Assembly (NCBI GenBank): GCA_951406725.2
Contig: OX597825.1
Span: 8,122,001 to 8,186,000 of the forward strand
DNA length: 64,000 nucleotides
DNA from: Octopus vulgaris
Taxonomy: Eukaryota
Direction of reading: 5' to 3'
In this document: in pieces, positions 39,529 to 52,668 of the stretch
Numbering within the stretch: the first letter of the stretch is position 1
Layout of the letters: each line of letters starts with the position of its first letter
Translations under genes and position numbers: made by a program
Notes under the pieces: generated by a model
Databases searched by the model: none
The model's input: the letters and a program-made list of their open reading frames with translations, nothing else
Told to the model about the DNA's origin: nothing

Positions 39529-40982
39529 TGTGCACGTGTGCGACACTTACATATAACCAGCCTAAAATTGCTGCCCTAACAGTATTGAAAGCATGGTTGA
39601 ATAGCTGCAAGTTTATTTGCATGAGACCATTGGTATTGTACTGTCAGTACTCGACTCTTCAAAGAAATTATTCATCTACGAATGTGGTGATGATTACTCC
39701 CTTTCTTGTTCGTTACCTACGTTATAGGTGTGTGTATGAGAGTGTGTATGTGTGACACCAAACACAAACCCACACACACTTACATATATGCGCATCTCTT
39801 TTTTTTTTGAGAGAAAACATTATTACTACTAGTCATATGAATGAGAGGAAATGAGAAATACTTTTTTCTTTCATCTTTCTATTAATAGATATACATCGAT
39901 TGAATATTTCCTTTCAGTTTTTAAGGTTTGTATTAAACAATTCTCTATAATAATAGGCGTGTACACAATTTGGGGAGTGGCCGTTTTCCAGCTTAATATA
40001 TCTCAATATGCATAGGAATGTATGTGTGTAGGTACATACACACAATGTCTCACCTTACACACACACTCCCTCAAAAACACATAAACACATACAAGCTCAC
40101 ATACACACACACATACACACATATATACGTATTTAGGTGCGCGTGTCTTTATATACATACATATATTGATTTCTTATTGGTTCTCAAAATCCAACTTGGG
40201 TACAAATATTTACAAAGAAAGGCTTTTTTTCTTTTATAAAAAATATCGATATTATGTTCTTTATTAATAATCTCCACACGATATCAAGTTTTATGAATAA
40301 ACTGAGAAAAAGAATGAAGTTCTCTTCTAATATACTTTCGCTGAACAATCGCCTGTCTTATAATGAGAAAATTTACAAAATGTACGCCACAAATGTTGCA
40401 CCAAAGGGTTCCTTTAAAAATAATGATGTTGGTGATAACAACGATGCTGGTTGTGGTGGTGATGATGATGATTATACTGACGATGACGGTGTGGAGGATG
40501 GAAACGATACAGCTGTCTGTGGTTATGATGAATAAGCATGGTAATAACATGCCTTGCACTTATGTTGTTCTTATTTACTCTTACGAATATTTAATAATTG
40601 AGTCTCTTTACGGATACCTGCACTAGAAAATTGGTCAAACAAACACCAAGCTGTTGCTTAGTTAAGGTTTATCTGCTTACATTTATCCTGGCCACTCAAT
40701 AGTGTCTCGTATGCTATGTAACAATGTGACTATGAAACTTTTAACGATGTTAGCGGCGTAAATAACGTTCCGTTTTGAAGCTTTCACTATCATCTTGTAG
40801 ATATCGCTTCCGTACTTTGTAGTTTCGGATATCTTAACAAATCTCTTGTATGTCAACACATCGTCTTTTATTTTTTACTTTCCTCTTTCGTAGCGATTCG
40901 CTTATTCTCCACAATTCTCTTGCTATTGGTGTCGCGTAGGTTTTTCTGTAAAACTATTTTGTAATTCTTGTAAGAAAGCAAA

Positions 40983-41027
40983 GGACCACTGATGAGGTCA
41001 CAGAAGTGTGACGAAAGAACTCTGGCC
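40983..41027 (+). ncRNA. Type I hammerhead ribozyme motif, near intact
   Basis: gg(a)cca-CTGATGA-g-gtcaca/gaag/tgtgac-GAAA-gaac-TC-tggcc; AATAAA ~40 nt downstream. Confidence 0.65.
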
Positions 41028-42993
41028 GAAATAAGATTAAGATTAATGTAAAAAATAAATAACGCTGAAGCAAAGTAACACCATATATATATAGTGCGTG
41101 TGTTTTTCTTGGCTAAACTGGCAAAATGACCATTCCTAAATACAACAATATTTTGTAATGATGTCACATAAGATATGTTGTTACTATTCAGAGTATCTAG
41201 TTCTTCAAACTTAGTGCCCATGATTAATTATGCTCCAATGATTTTGTCATGTTCTGTTTCTTAAATTTGTGTCCTCTTTAGGACATTAATGACTGAGAAC
41301 TTTGTACTTAAATTTTTAAATATTTCCATGTATGCTTTTGTTCGTGTTCTTTCAGTTGATGTTTCTACATAAGAATTTTGAGGCAGTATCCGCTTTTTTT
41401 TTGGCTACGCAGCTGCTGTAGCTCAGTTGAGTTGGACATTTAATATAAATGCGTGGGGTTTAGTATATTTTACGAAACATCTTGACGCATTTTCTCTTGA
41501 CCTGTAAATTTGGGAGAACTTTTCCTTAGCCCGTAGCACATATTATGGTTTTGATGTTCTTTATTTGCCATGCTTTGAATTCTGCTGAATATAAATGGTG
41601 TGAATTTGTCTCGTACAGTCGTAGTTTAGGTGTCGTTGTTGTCATTTTATAACCAAAAATAGGCCCTGATCGAGCAATTCTATGGTAAATAGTTAGTTGA
41701 CTGGGCCACAATGTACGAGCTGTTAATCTATCTTCCGAATAAATTATATCTGTCAAATGGCCATTCTACAACTCTGACGTGCAATAATAAAACTTTTGGA
41801 TTACAGAAGGGTCTATTCATGTTTTCCATAATTCACTGACAGGTTTACTTCTGTTAGTCCGTCAGTTATAGTGGTGTACAAATGAAGAGGTGGGCAAAAA
41901 GAGGTCAGTCAGCTGCCATAATATTCTTCTTGGTAATATACATTCCAAGAAAATGTTTATGGCTTACAGAGTCTATAAATGTTGCAGCTAGTTCCGAGTG
42001 CAAATGTATCGTATATGGGAAGAGTGAGAGAGAGAGAGACAGAAGGGTAGTGAGAGAGAAAGAGAGAGAGAAAGAGGGAGGAAGAAATAGAGATAAATAG
42101 ATAGACACATATACAATGTAGTATGCATGTGTGCGTATGTGTATGGGTGTGGGTTTGTGTGCGTGCGTGTGTGTGTGTGTGCGTACGTTCGTATGTGTGC
42201 GTATGTTTGTGTGTGTGTGTATGTGTGTGCGTGTGTGTGTGTGTATCTATGTAGTTATCAAATTACTCAGGTGTGCTGCGTATTTCTATACATGTTTTGT
42301 AAAGGGTTTCGTGCAGTAACAAGGACTGTTGGAGTTGGAGCACGCTATTGAAACAATGCTTGACTGCTGTATATTCATCTGATCCTTTTTACTGAACCCG
42401 TGTCATCTGCGTTCGACGAATACAATATTTTATGCTCTGATGTCTGTTGCAGCTGTTTGCTTTGATTCCTTGAGGATAGCTTGCACGATAGATAAGTATG
42501 GCATTTTCCATGACGGATCTCATATATTGTGTATATTCCGTTGTTATTCCTTCTTTATTATTTTGTTGTCTGTCTGTTGTGTTGTGGGAAGGGCAGAGTG
42601 TGTAACGTCTAATAATTATGGGTGTGCGATTATTATATTGTTAGTCATGGCGGCTGTTTGTATTTCATGTTTCAAATTGTTGCAACTAAAAAAGTGAAGA
42701 AAAAGAACGTAGTTATAATTCATTTATTGGGTAGAAGAAACTGCAGTGACCATGTAGGTAAATGGGGCATTGTTGATTTCTGGAAAGTTAATGTTCTGAT
42801 TTTGTTATTGAAAATTACTCACTTGTTAACAACAACAACTACAACAGCAGCAGAAGCAGCAGCAGCAGCAGAAGCAGAAGCAACTGATCAAAAACGACTA
42901 CAAATTGCTGAAATTATACAGTAAATAAGTATCTCCACGTCTCTGTTTGTCTTTCTTTTAGCCATTGTGTCTCTATTTTGTACTGTACCTCTT

Positions 42994-43038
<45 letters not shown>

Positions 43039-43103
43039 GTGTGTGTGTGTGTATGTGTGTAGATATATATATATATATATGCATATTTATAAATGTATAT
43101 GTA

Positions 43104-43159
<56 letters not shown>

Positions 43160-43382
43160 AATACACGCATATGTGTGTGAATGTGTGTGTGTGTGTGTAT
43201 TACGTATGTTCATAATTCTTTATTTGTTGTTTTTCTTGTGGCGGCGTTGGTGAGAAGCCATTTATATATATTTATTACTATTTATTTACTGCCACTGATC
43301 TTTCGCCAATTCACCAAATCGCAGAAAACGATCTCCGCTATCACCAAACTTTATATCGATGTCGTTTTGTTGTTTAGGACGT

Positions 43383-43650
43383 CAACTGGCAGAATGGTTA
43401 GCGCGCCGGATAAAATTCATACTGGCATTTCCACCATCTTTACGTTTTGGTATCAAATTTCGTCGTGGTTTAATTTGTCTTTCCTTTCGGGATTGCCTAT
43501 GCTAGAAAGTATGTTGTTGTTTTTTTTATTTAGCACGCCTCTCAAATTGATTCGCACAATTTCGCTCGTCTTTATGTTCTGAGTTCAAATTCCGCTGAGG
43601 CTGAATTTGTGTTTCATCCCTCTAGATTCAATAAACTAACAATCTAGTAC
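43383..43650 (+). mobile_element. Two old partial SINE family A copies
   Basis: ctggcagaatggttagcgcgccgg and ttctgagttcaaattccgctgagg. Confidence 0.65.
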
Positions 43651-44156
43651 TAGGGTGCTCAGCCGCTTAAACACCTGGTTTCTTGCACATTGATTGAAAG
43701 TTCCTTATTCCTATTATATTTCAATCTTACTGGCCTCGAAAATATGGGGGCCCCATGGACGAATTACATGCAGCAGCCTTCTTTCAAAGTTGTTCATTTA
43801 AAATTTTTCTATAAATCAGCCAATAATACAGGGTAACACCACTTTTGTCCTTGGGTAGCAACTGTTATTTCCTATTTACTTACCCCTAGAAAATATGATA
43901 AATGGCTGATATTTCCTTCAAACTTTACTTTTGTTATCTTTATTCAAACACTAAGAATCCCTCTGAACACATGGCTGAGATGCTCCTGCACTACTCCTGC
44001 TCCTGTCTAGAGATGCACATGTTGTCAGTCACTAAGGGATAAGGTCAAGCAACTGAGAAGCAAATCTGTGGTATTGAGTAGAATATTTCCTACACCGATA
44101 TTTCTCCTTCAGCAATTCATCGCTGAGTCTGATATGTAATGGAAAATATGTCTAAT

Positions 44157-44565
44157 CTTTACTCTTTTCCTATTTTACTTGTTTCAGTCATTTGGCTGTG
44201 GTCATGCTGGAGCACCGTCTTTAGTCGAGGAAATCGACTCCAGGACATATTCTTTGTAAGCCTAGTACTTATTCTATCGGTCACCTTTTTCCAAACCGCT
44301 AATTTACGGCGACGTAAACACACCAGTATCGGTTGCCAAGCGATGTTGGGGGGACAAACACAGATACACAAACATATATACACACACATATATACATATA
44401 AACGACGGGCATCTTTCAGTTTCCGTCTACCAAATCCACTCGCAATGCTTTGGTCGGCTCGAGGCTAGAGTAGAAAACACTTGCCGAAGATGCCACGCAG
44501 TGGGACTGAACCTGGAACCATGTGGTTGCTTAGAAGCTACTTACCACACATCCACTCCTACGTCT
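44157..44565 (-). mobile_element. SINE family B, full length
   Basis: Full reverse-complement match to 19453-19859. Confidence 0.92.
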
Positions 44566-44736
44566 GTTTCAAAACATTGATGTCCAGGACATACAAGCCA
44601 CGTTTGAAGGGATTAGTAGTGGTTTCCTTTGATTTCTAGATAGAAGCAAATACCGACCAAAGACAAAACAAATATATAAATGAATAAACAAGGAAATATT
44701 TATTACACAATGTAATATGATGAATTCTGCAATATA

Positions 44737-44969
44737 TATTTCTTTACTACCCACAAGGGGCTACACACAGAGGGGACAAACAAGGACAGACAAAGGAATT
44801 AAGTCGATTACATAGACCCCAGTCCGTAACTGGTACTTAATTTATCGACCCCGAAAGGATGAAAGGCAAAGTCGACCTCGGCGGAATTTGAACTCAGAAC
44901 GTATTGGCAGACGAAATACGGCTACGCATTTCGCCCAGCGTGCTAACGTTTCTGCCAGCTCGCAGCCTT
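44737..44969 (-). mobile_element. SINE family A, full length
   Basis: Perfect 16-bp TSD tgaattctgcaatata at 44721-36 and 44970-85. Confidence 0.95.
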
Positions 44970-45489
44970 TGAATTCTGCAATATAAGTGGGACAATTGCT
45001 GGTAATTTTCAGTATTGAAACATCGGTAAACATATTTGGTTTTCATGCATCAGTTCTTTGCAACTAAATGCATTAATGTTCATTTCTCCGCTTGGACATT
45101 AAATGCATACTCGGCCACATGACTAAGTATATACTGATAGTTTGCTCTACCAATTTCCAGCATTCTTTAACGGCAAGTTGAAGTGGAAGTTTTCACTGTT
45201 GACCCATTACGTTCTGGTTGTTTTGGGACTTCATTGAGTCCGTTGTTTGTTTATCTAGTGAAAATAATTGCTACGTTCCTCGAGAATTTGTAGTATTAGC
45301 GTAGATCATAATTTACGATATTTTTATATTTCATATGTGTCTATTTTGCACAATTCACTGGCGATATGTGTTTTCTTTTTCCTGCCAGCAATGTTACATA
45401 TTAAAGAATTTCAATTTCCAGAGTGAAAGTATTTTATTTTTATATTTGACTTTACGTTTTGCTTTCTCATTCACAGAACCCAGCTTGAA

Positions 45490-47060
45490 TGTAACAAAAC
45501 AGAAAATACAACGATGCATATAGAAAATATGGATTCGCCTTCATTAACATCATTGGAAAAGAAACGCCTCAGTGCGTCATTTGGTGCACGGTTACGGTTT
45601 TGTTAAACGATTCTTTGAAACCAATATATTGGAAGCAACCTTTGCAGAATGCTCATCCTGAACTCAAGAATAGGGATGAATGTATGCTCTGAACGTCAGA
45701 GAAATACTTTCAGAACGATGGCTTTGGGTTCAACATGGACAATGCAAGAAATTACACAACATATCATTGAATGCTGAATGTTCTTATGTTGTTGCAATGC
45801 AGAGGGAAATGAGGAAAACGTTAAATATAAATCTGGAAATTTGATCAAAACTTGTACAATTGAAATGATGGAAATTCTGTTAGGAAATTGATTAGGAAAA
45901 AATTCTTGCCCTCGTATTAGTATGGAACAGTGTTGTTGAAATTGGGTCTGAGATATGAGCATTGGCATCGAAGATGAAGTTGTGCAGAAGATCAATTCGG
46001 CAACTGTTGGTGTATTTTCAAATCAACTTCCAGAATTGTTTGTTGCGGCATCGAGATTTCAGTTGCGATGTTTTTAAGGTCTATTAATTCTAGTTTATTT
46101 AAAGAGAAATTTTTCTTTCAGTCTTCTTCTGAAACAACCCCTGAGGTCTGAGATATTTTTGTAAGAGTTTCATCTTTCATTCAGAATATCTTTATTGGAA
46201 TAATGTCTAATAGTGCTATACAGATGGAGGACCAGCTATACTGGGGAAAATATTTTGGATCTTTCTGCGAAAAAGCGAGCGCCAAATTTGAACGCCATTC
46301 GTTGTGTGATCCATCGCCAGGCACTACCTTCAGAAACACTGGTAACTCTGCAAGAGAAGGTTCGGCATCAAGCCATTGAAATTGTCAATTTTGATAAAAG
46401 AGAAGCTCTCAAGTCATGACTTTTCCAGCAGTTATATTTCAGTGTGGATGGATCAAATACCTCTTTCCCATACAAATGTTTCATGGTTTGAAAATTATAT
46501 ATTAGTCAATGTGTATATGAGCTCACAGACGAGCTCAAATTATTGTTTGAAGTTCAGGATAAGAGAAATTCTGTTATTTTTCGTGTTGGATTATGAGGAA
46601 CGAATTATGCGCCTTGCCTGTGAGTTCGACATTTTTGAACAGTTAAATAAACTGAATCTTCGAATGAAACGAAGCAACACGAACATCAAAATTTCATGGA
46701 TTCCATCAAAGCTTTCATGTGCTGCAAACTGGAAAAGTGAAAGAGAAAAGGTCAATGCTAAAAAAATGTTGCAATGTTTGAGAAGCTGTTATTAATTCAT
46801 GACGATGGAGATGAAGACCAAAAGCTTCCAAAATTTTGCAGAAAAAAATGAAATTATGCAGCATTTGACTGCACCGAAAAATAAATTCAGCAGATACTTT
46901 CTAGAATTCTATTATGATGCGTTGGATTTAGTGTGAAATCCATTCGAGTTGTCAGTTGAACAAGTTCCTGATGACTTTCGGTGTGAACCCTAACGTTAAA
47001 GACATGTTGCTCCAGTACATCGCTGACAGGACACACCTATATCCCAAAACATTGTAATAC
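45490..47060 (+). pseudogene. Decayed hAT transposase (Buster/Charlie/ZBED5-like)
   Basis: In order, across frames: YGFAFINIIGKETPQCVI, NDSLKP, CYTDGGPAILG, CVIHRQAL, IEIVNF, LSHTNVSW, DIFEQLNKLNLRM. Confidence 0.85.
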
Positions 47061-47461
47061 GGACATTTTTGTATTTTCAGGGTCAACTAAGATTGAACTA
47101 TTTATTGGACAACTTCCACGAAAATAGTGGGATTCAATTTCTTATTATACTAAAATATCGCGCTACGTGGACGCTTCTTCCTATAATGCGATATATCTGG
47201 TTAATACATCACTCTGATTGTTTACTTAACACTGAATATTTATTGTTAGTTCATTATCGCGTGCCAGCAATGAACAACAGTGAGATGATTTCTATATCTT
47301 ATTGATACGAAGTCTTTCAGATTTCATTTGTCTTGCTGTCAAATTACTCTCTGCTGTTTATATGTGTTGGTGCTGATGTTTTATAGACACACTTATATAT
47401 GTATGCAGCAAAACAATGATTCAACAAAACTGGAACGGTATTTATTGAATCATTTATTGAA

Positions 47462-47697
47462 GGCGGCGATCTGGCAGAAACGTTAGCACGCCGGGCGAAA
47501 TGCTTAGCGGTATTTCGTCTGCCGTTACGTTCTGAGATCAAATTCCGCCGAGGTCGACTTTGCCTTTCATCCTTCCGCGGTCGATTAAATAAGTACTAGT
47601 TACGCACTGGGGTTGATATAATCGACTTAATCCATTTGCCTGTCCTTGTTTGTCCTCTCTGTGTTTAGCCCCTTGTGGGTAGTAAAGAAAAAGGTAT
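47462..47697 (+). mobile_element. SINE family A, full length
   Basis: Full match, ends aaagaaaaaggtat. Confidence 0.92.
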
Positions 47698-48204
47698 GTT
47701 TCATTCTCGAGTTTCTTCGGCTTTTTCTTTTTCTGTTTCTTCTGCATGGTATCGACGAACGATACAATCTCCTAAATGTTGCTAAAAAAATATAGTTCCC
47801 AAGAAAGGCAAGAAACAGTATGTATCTATATTTCTTGGAGTAAAGTTTTAGACCCATCGGCTACTGACGAAATTTTGTTCCTGTCGCCACCGTGTATTCC
47901 CTTACAGCGGTGCTGATAACATTAGTGTGTTTGGAGTCCGACACTAATAAGGTGACGTGGACCGCATATGCAAATACAGACCTTCCACTTCTTTGTACTC
48001 GCTGGATACTCCTCAACTCCTCCAGCATTTACGGTAGAGGCTCTCCAGTTGGGAATTATAGAATGCACTGTCAGTGAAGTTCCATGTTGCTGTTCTGTAA
48101 TGTCCTTACGCTACACAGATGGACGACATTCTTGGAGAAAATCGGGACTTCAACGAACAATCAATTGACCGGTCTATCGTCGACAATTTTTGAAGTGGAA
48201 TTAT

Positions 48205-48633
48205 TCTTTTACCTGTTTCAGTCCGTTGACTGCGGCCATACTGGAGCACCGCCTTTAGTCGAACAAATCAACACCAGGTCTTATTCTTTGTAAGTGTAGT
48301 ACTTATTGCATCGGTATCTTTTGCCGAACCACTAGGTTACGGGTACGTAAACACACCACCATCGTTTGTCAAGCGATGGTGGGGGAACATACACTGAGAC
48401 ACAAATGCATACATTTCTACACACACACATACACACACGCACATACACACACACACACAAACACACACACATATATATATATATATTCGACTGGTTTCTT
48501 TCAGTTTCCATCTACCAAATGCACTCACAAGGCTTTGGCCCGCTCGAGGCTATAGTATAAGACACTTGTCCAAGGGGTCACGTAATGGGACTGAATACGA
48601 AACCATGTGGTTGAGAAGCAACCACACAGCCAC
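48205..48633 (-). mobile_element. SINE family B, near full length
   Basis: Reverse-complement match to family B. Confidence 0.9.
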
Positions 48634-48964
48634 GGATAAGTTGCTGAAATATCTAGAATATACCACGTATATCGCGTGTTATGAATTGTTTGCGATAAAC
48701 CGTCACCTGGGCACACTTGATATTCTCGCAGAGCAACGAAATCAAGTGTATTACAAGCACTCGTGAAGAGCTCGAGCGTTGCTAACATTTGGAATTATGT
48801 CGGATAGCTGCTGTCGAGTGTAATGATGAATCTGGCATTCAACTGTGTACATTATGATGATCGCCCTACCGCCAATTTTAAACCAGAAATGACAGGTAAT
48901 CTTAAGACGATTGATAGAAGATCCAAGCCATACTTAAAAAAAAAATAGCCCCGAATGTGTGCAG

Positions 48965-49260
48965 TTTTCTGCCATGGTTTTCATGAGTAGTAATTAAAAT
49001 TTACGATCATCAGAATCTTCGTAGAAACCACTCTAGCCTCTAGTAATTATATTGGTTTTCAAGTCGAATACTTATTCTTTGTGATATTGCGGTTGAGTCT
49101 TTGTCAGTTATACGATGTGTGGTTAATGATCTGTAGTATACAAGGTTTGCGGCTTCTTGGGTATTCTTCTTAAAGGGGAATTCCGTCGGTGAGTTTCTGT
49201 GGTGTTGTTCCTGTCTCCTTCAGCTTCTTATCCAGGATTCCCGCAAGTGTTTTAGAAGAA
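48965..49260 (-). mobile_element. Penelope-like 3' end: GIY-YIG C-terminal remnant followed by a hammerhead core
   Basis: Peptides SKTLAGILDKKLKETG, SRKPCIL and RNITKNKY; then CTGATGA (49007-13, minus) ... GAAAaccatgg. Confidence 0.5.
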
Positions 49261-50974
49261 ACTGTTAAATACATTAGCCAACCAAATATCTAATATAATT
49301 TCTTAGATTATATGTTCTGTCACGAACGTTTCGAATGTGTGTATGTTATATTAACTTACCCGTCCGTGGTATTTCATTTACCGTGGTATTTCATAACCAC
49401 TCCTAAAATATTTGGAAGTCCCCTGCTGGCCATACATCTTCTTTGTTATATATTTAACTAATCCTTATTTTAAAACGCTTGGGACTGGAATTGAACTCTG
49501 TACGCGGTCCCAGGTATAAACACTCAACAAGAGTCTTTTCTTTTATGCGTTCTTTGATTTAAAATAATTCTGTTGTTATGTTGTCTCTCACTAATATTTG
49601 TCATTCCGTTTTACACATTTTGTCATTTCGTTATCGATTTCATTAAGGAGTGAGAGACGTTCGCTCCTACTTTTCTGTTTCTTTTCATATAGTTGTTTCC
49701 GAGTGGCTGCTATATATATCGATTCCTATAATCTTGTGATATTGATGTTCGTGACCGCTTTTATTTAATCTATTGATTGCGTATTGATTCTTTCTGTATT
49801 TTTATTAAATTTTTTTATGTAGGTGAAATTTTAAGGAATTTTTGGTAATGAGAAGAAAAAAATGTTAATGATATTTGATTTGAAAAATGGCCAGGTTATT
49901 ATTATTTTTTAAATCTTTTTTCTTCATTTGCGACAATATCACTATTTCCCTGCATCAGAATTTTCTGTTTCTCTATATATACATAAAACACTGTTTTTCT
50001 GACATTTCCATAATTTTATATGCATTTAAATTTACACAAAATAACCGCTAGTGCACATGCACACAATTCTTATATATGCGTTTTCGTGCTTGTTTACTCT
50101 CAACTCGAATCTGACAGAACTCAAATATGATCAAGAATGAACCAGGGTGGTAGGATCATTCCGATACATTATATAGTATGCTCCTTACTTTTCTAAAGGT
50201 GTAGGGTATTATAGAAGAGTTGTTTTGCTACTGCATGTAAGTAGATCTCTCACATCGTGGATCCTTTATTTCCTTGCTAATTACTGCATCTATCATATTC
50301 CTGAAATGCATGATACCTTTTCCCATAATGCTAAGGCCAACTAAATTGAAATCATGATATTAATTTCATGCATTTCCAGGATAAAAACGTGTGAAAATTC
50401 GATGACGATATGGAGCTCGAAATTTAGATAAACAATATTTTTTCACTTCTCTACCACCTCAGCCTCCACCACCGATGTCTAACAATAATATTGATCACGT
50501 TAATGGCGGACATAACTAGTTTGCAGTAACATATATTTAGCGTCGGCAACAATCTAATTTATTCTAATCTTTATATCACATTCATAAAAAAAAGACCCGA
50601 GGAAACATAATGCATTATATATTGAAATTTCAGTTTTATTCATAGAGTAGGGCAATTATTTTATTTTTATTTCTCCTCTATGAATGAAATATATTTCGTA
50701 TGAATGGAATAAATTAAGATTATATAAGTATAGGAAAAGTATTAAAAAATATTTATTTCATACGTAGGGTAGCCTATAGACTAATATTCTTTTACGTAAC
50801 AAAATGTAACCACAAATTCAAATATATTTTTATTACGAGTTTACAGACACTTATATAGCAGCAAATGTTCACGTCCAACTTTAGAATATGCAGATTCTAA
50901 CATGTAATATATTTACAATGTTGCTGTTTAAAGATGAAAATTGCGTTACTATTATAATTAATAATATTAAAAAT

Positions 50975-51435
50975 AATAATGTTTACTTTTATTGACCACA
51001 AAAATATCGAGGAGCGTACAGGGCGATAAAAATGTGGCTTTACTTAAAAGTGGATAAACAGTGAAATAACAGAAACAAGCTAGCAAAAGTTAATCAAAGA
51101 CAAAATAATACGCTAAAATTGATGGTTCGATCTCCAAAGGGTAATAAGGAGAACCCGACAAAACCACTGACTCAGCCAATAGGACAATTGCACCCTATCG
51201 ATCTTCCTTTCTTACTCGGTAGGGGCATCCACATTTCAATGAATTTGCTGGAAGGCAGCACCCCATCTTTACCATCAAGTAACACTTGACCAAAAAGAAG
51301 TTGCCTGTCTTCAGCCATTTCACTTGTATCCATCACACAGCTTCTGCCACCAAAGACATCTGACGGTTAAACTCTACCTGACTTACCCGGCCAAATAAAC
51401 GCCGTGGAAAGATCTTCACAATGGACTCAGCTCCA
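50975..51435 (-). mobile_element. L1/Tx1-like LINE 3' fragment with 3' UTR
   Basis: Peptides AESIVKIFP and LPSSKFIEMW; tail gtggtcaataaaagtaaac followed by an ATT repeat. Confidence 0.5.
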
Positions 51436-51875
51436 TAGTGGCGTACAGTATCTAGCCTACTGGTGGCAGCTAGGTTTCCACATAAGTGTTTTTAGAGACA
51501 GTTTCAGGAGATGATAAGTTAATCTGTTTTATATCCTGTACCTGTGTATGTTGTCATTTTACGGCTCACTTAAGTGAACGACTGCCATGCATATGAGAAA
51601 TGGTTATATATATTCACTTTGAAAAATACCACAATTCATAACCAAATATCTTCAAAGTTCACAATACTTGTCCCTGGATTTAGTATTCGATTTTCATCCC
51701 TTAGTTTATTAGTACTTGATACAAAAGTTACTAATAACCGGAAACTCTTCTTCTTCTTCTTCTTCCTCTTCCTCTTCTTCTTCTGGTATCGAACTCGGAA
51801 TCATGGGGTGATTAGCTCGTGCTCTTAACTACAATGATCTGGCATAATAATAACAACAACAACAACAACAACAAC

Positions 51876-51907
<32 letters not shown>

Positions 51908-51964
51908 TAATAATAATAATAATAACAAACATCGAAAAATACACGAATATTTTCATCGTGGTAA

Positions 51965-52150
51965 CATGGCTGAAGAAGGTGTGGATCTAATGTGAGTCTA
52001 TATAATGGAAACTATATAGCTGGCTGCTCATAGATATTTGCTCACAGACGTTTAATTTTGTAGTTATTATCAGTATTATATTTCGGCGGTTAAAACAAGA
52101 GTTTTGACTGTTATTTCCAGCAGGAAGAAATACTCAGTATGTCCTCTGAT
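51965..52150 (+). mobile_element. Penelope-like terminus with degenerate hammerhead
   Basis: CTGAAGA (51970-76), GAAA (52008-11), palindromic ctatatag stem III; downstream ttttgactgttatttccagc motif. Confidence 0.4.
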
Positions 52151-52152
52151 TA

Positions 52153-52212
<60 letters not shown>

Positions 52213-52276
52213 ATGTATATATATATATATATATGTATATGTATGTATATATATATATCTATATCTATCTAACTAT

Positions 52277-52322
<46 letters not shown>

Positions 52323-52458
52323 TGTGAAAATTAAAAGGCTACAAAATTTAGAGAAATATTCTACCGGTGACCACCTTGCTTAATAAAGTCAATAGACAAT
52401 GTTTCGTATAAATTAGTGTACGTTTTATATACAAAACAGGTGACCTTAGCAGGACTCG

Positions 52459-52668
52459 TTACATGCTATAAATGGCAGTTAAAGCCCATACCACGAATAA
52501 GAGTAATTTCAAATGGAATGAAAAATAAAATAACATTTCAATAGTTACCCTTATGCACAAGGATAACTTGAGGATAGGGGTAACAATTGAAATGTTTTTT
52601 TTTTTTCATTCGATTTAAAATTACTCTTATTCGTGGTTTTGGCTTTAACTGCCATTTCTAGCATGTAA
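52459..52668. repeat. Palindrome with ~95-bp arms, related to the tail of the 20930-21150 element
   Basis: Arms ~52459-52554 and ~52574-52668; shares aaattactctta..cgtggttt..gcttt.actgc..ttctagc.tgtaa with 21050-21103. Confidence 0.88.

Noticed and set aside
40254-40626. Acidic and hydrophobic ORFs
   Set aside because: Produced by a degenerate (GAT)n tract.
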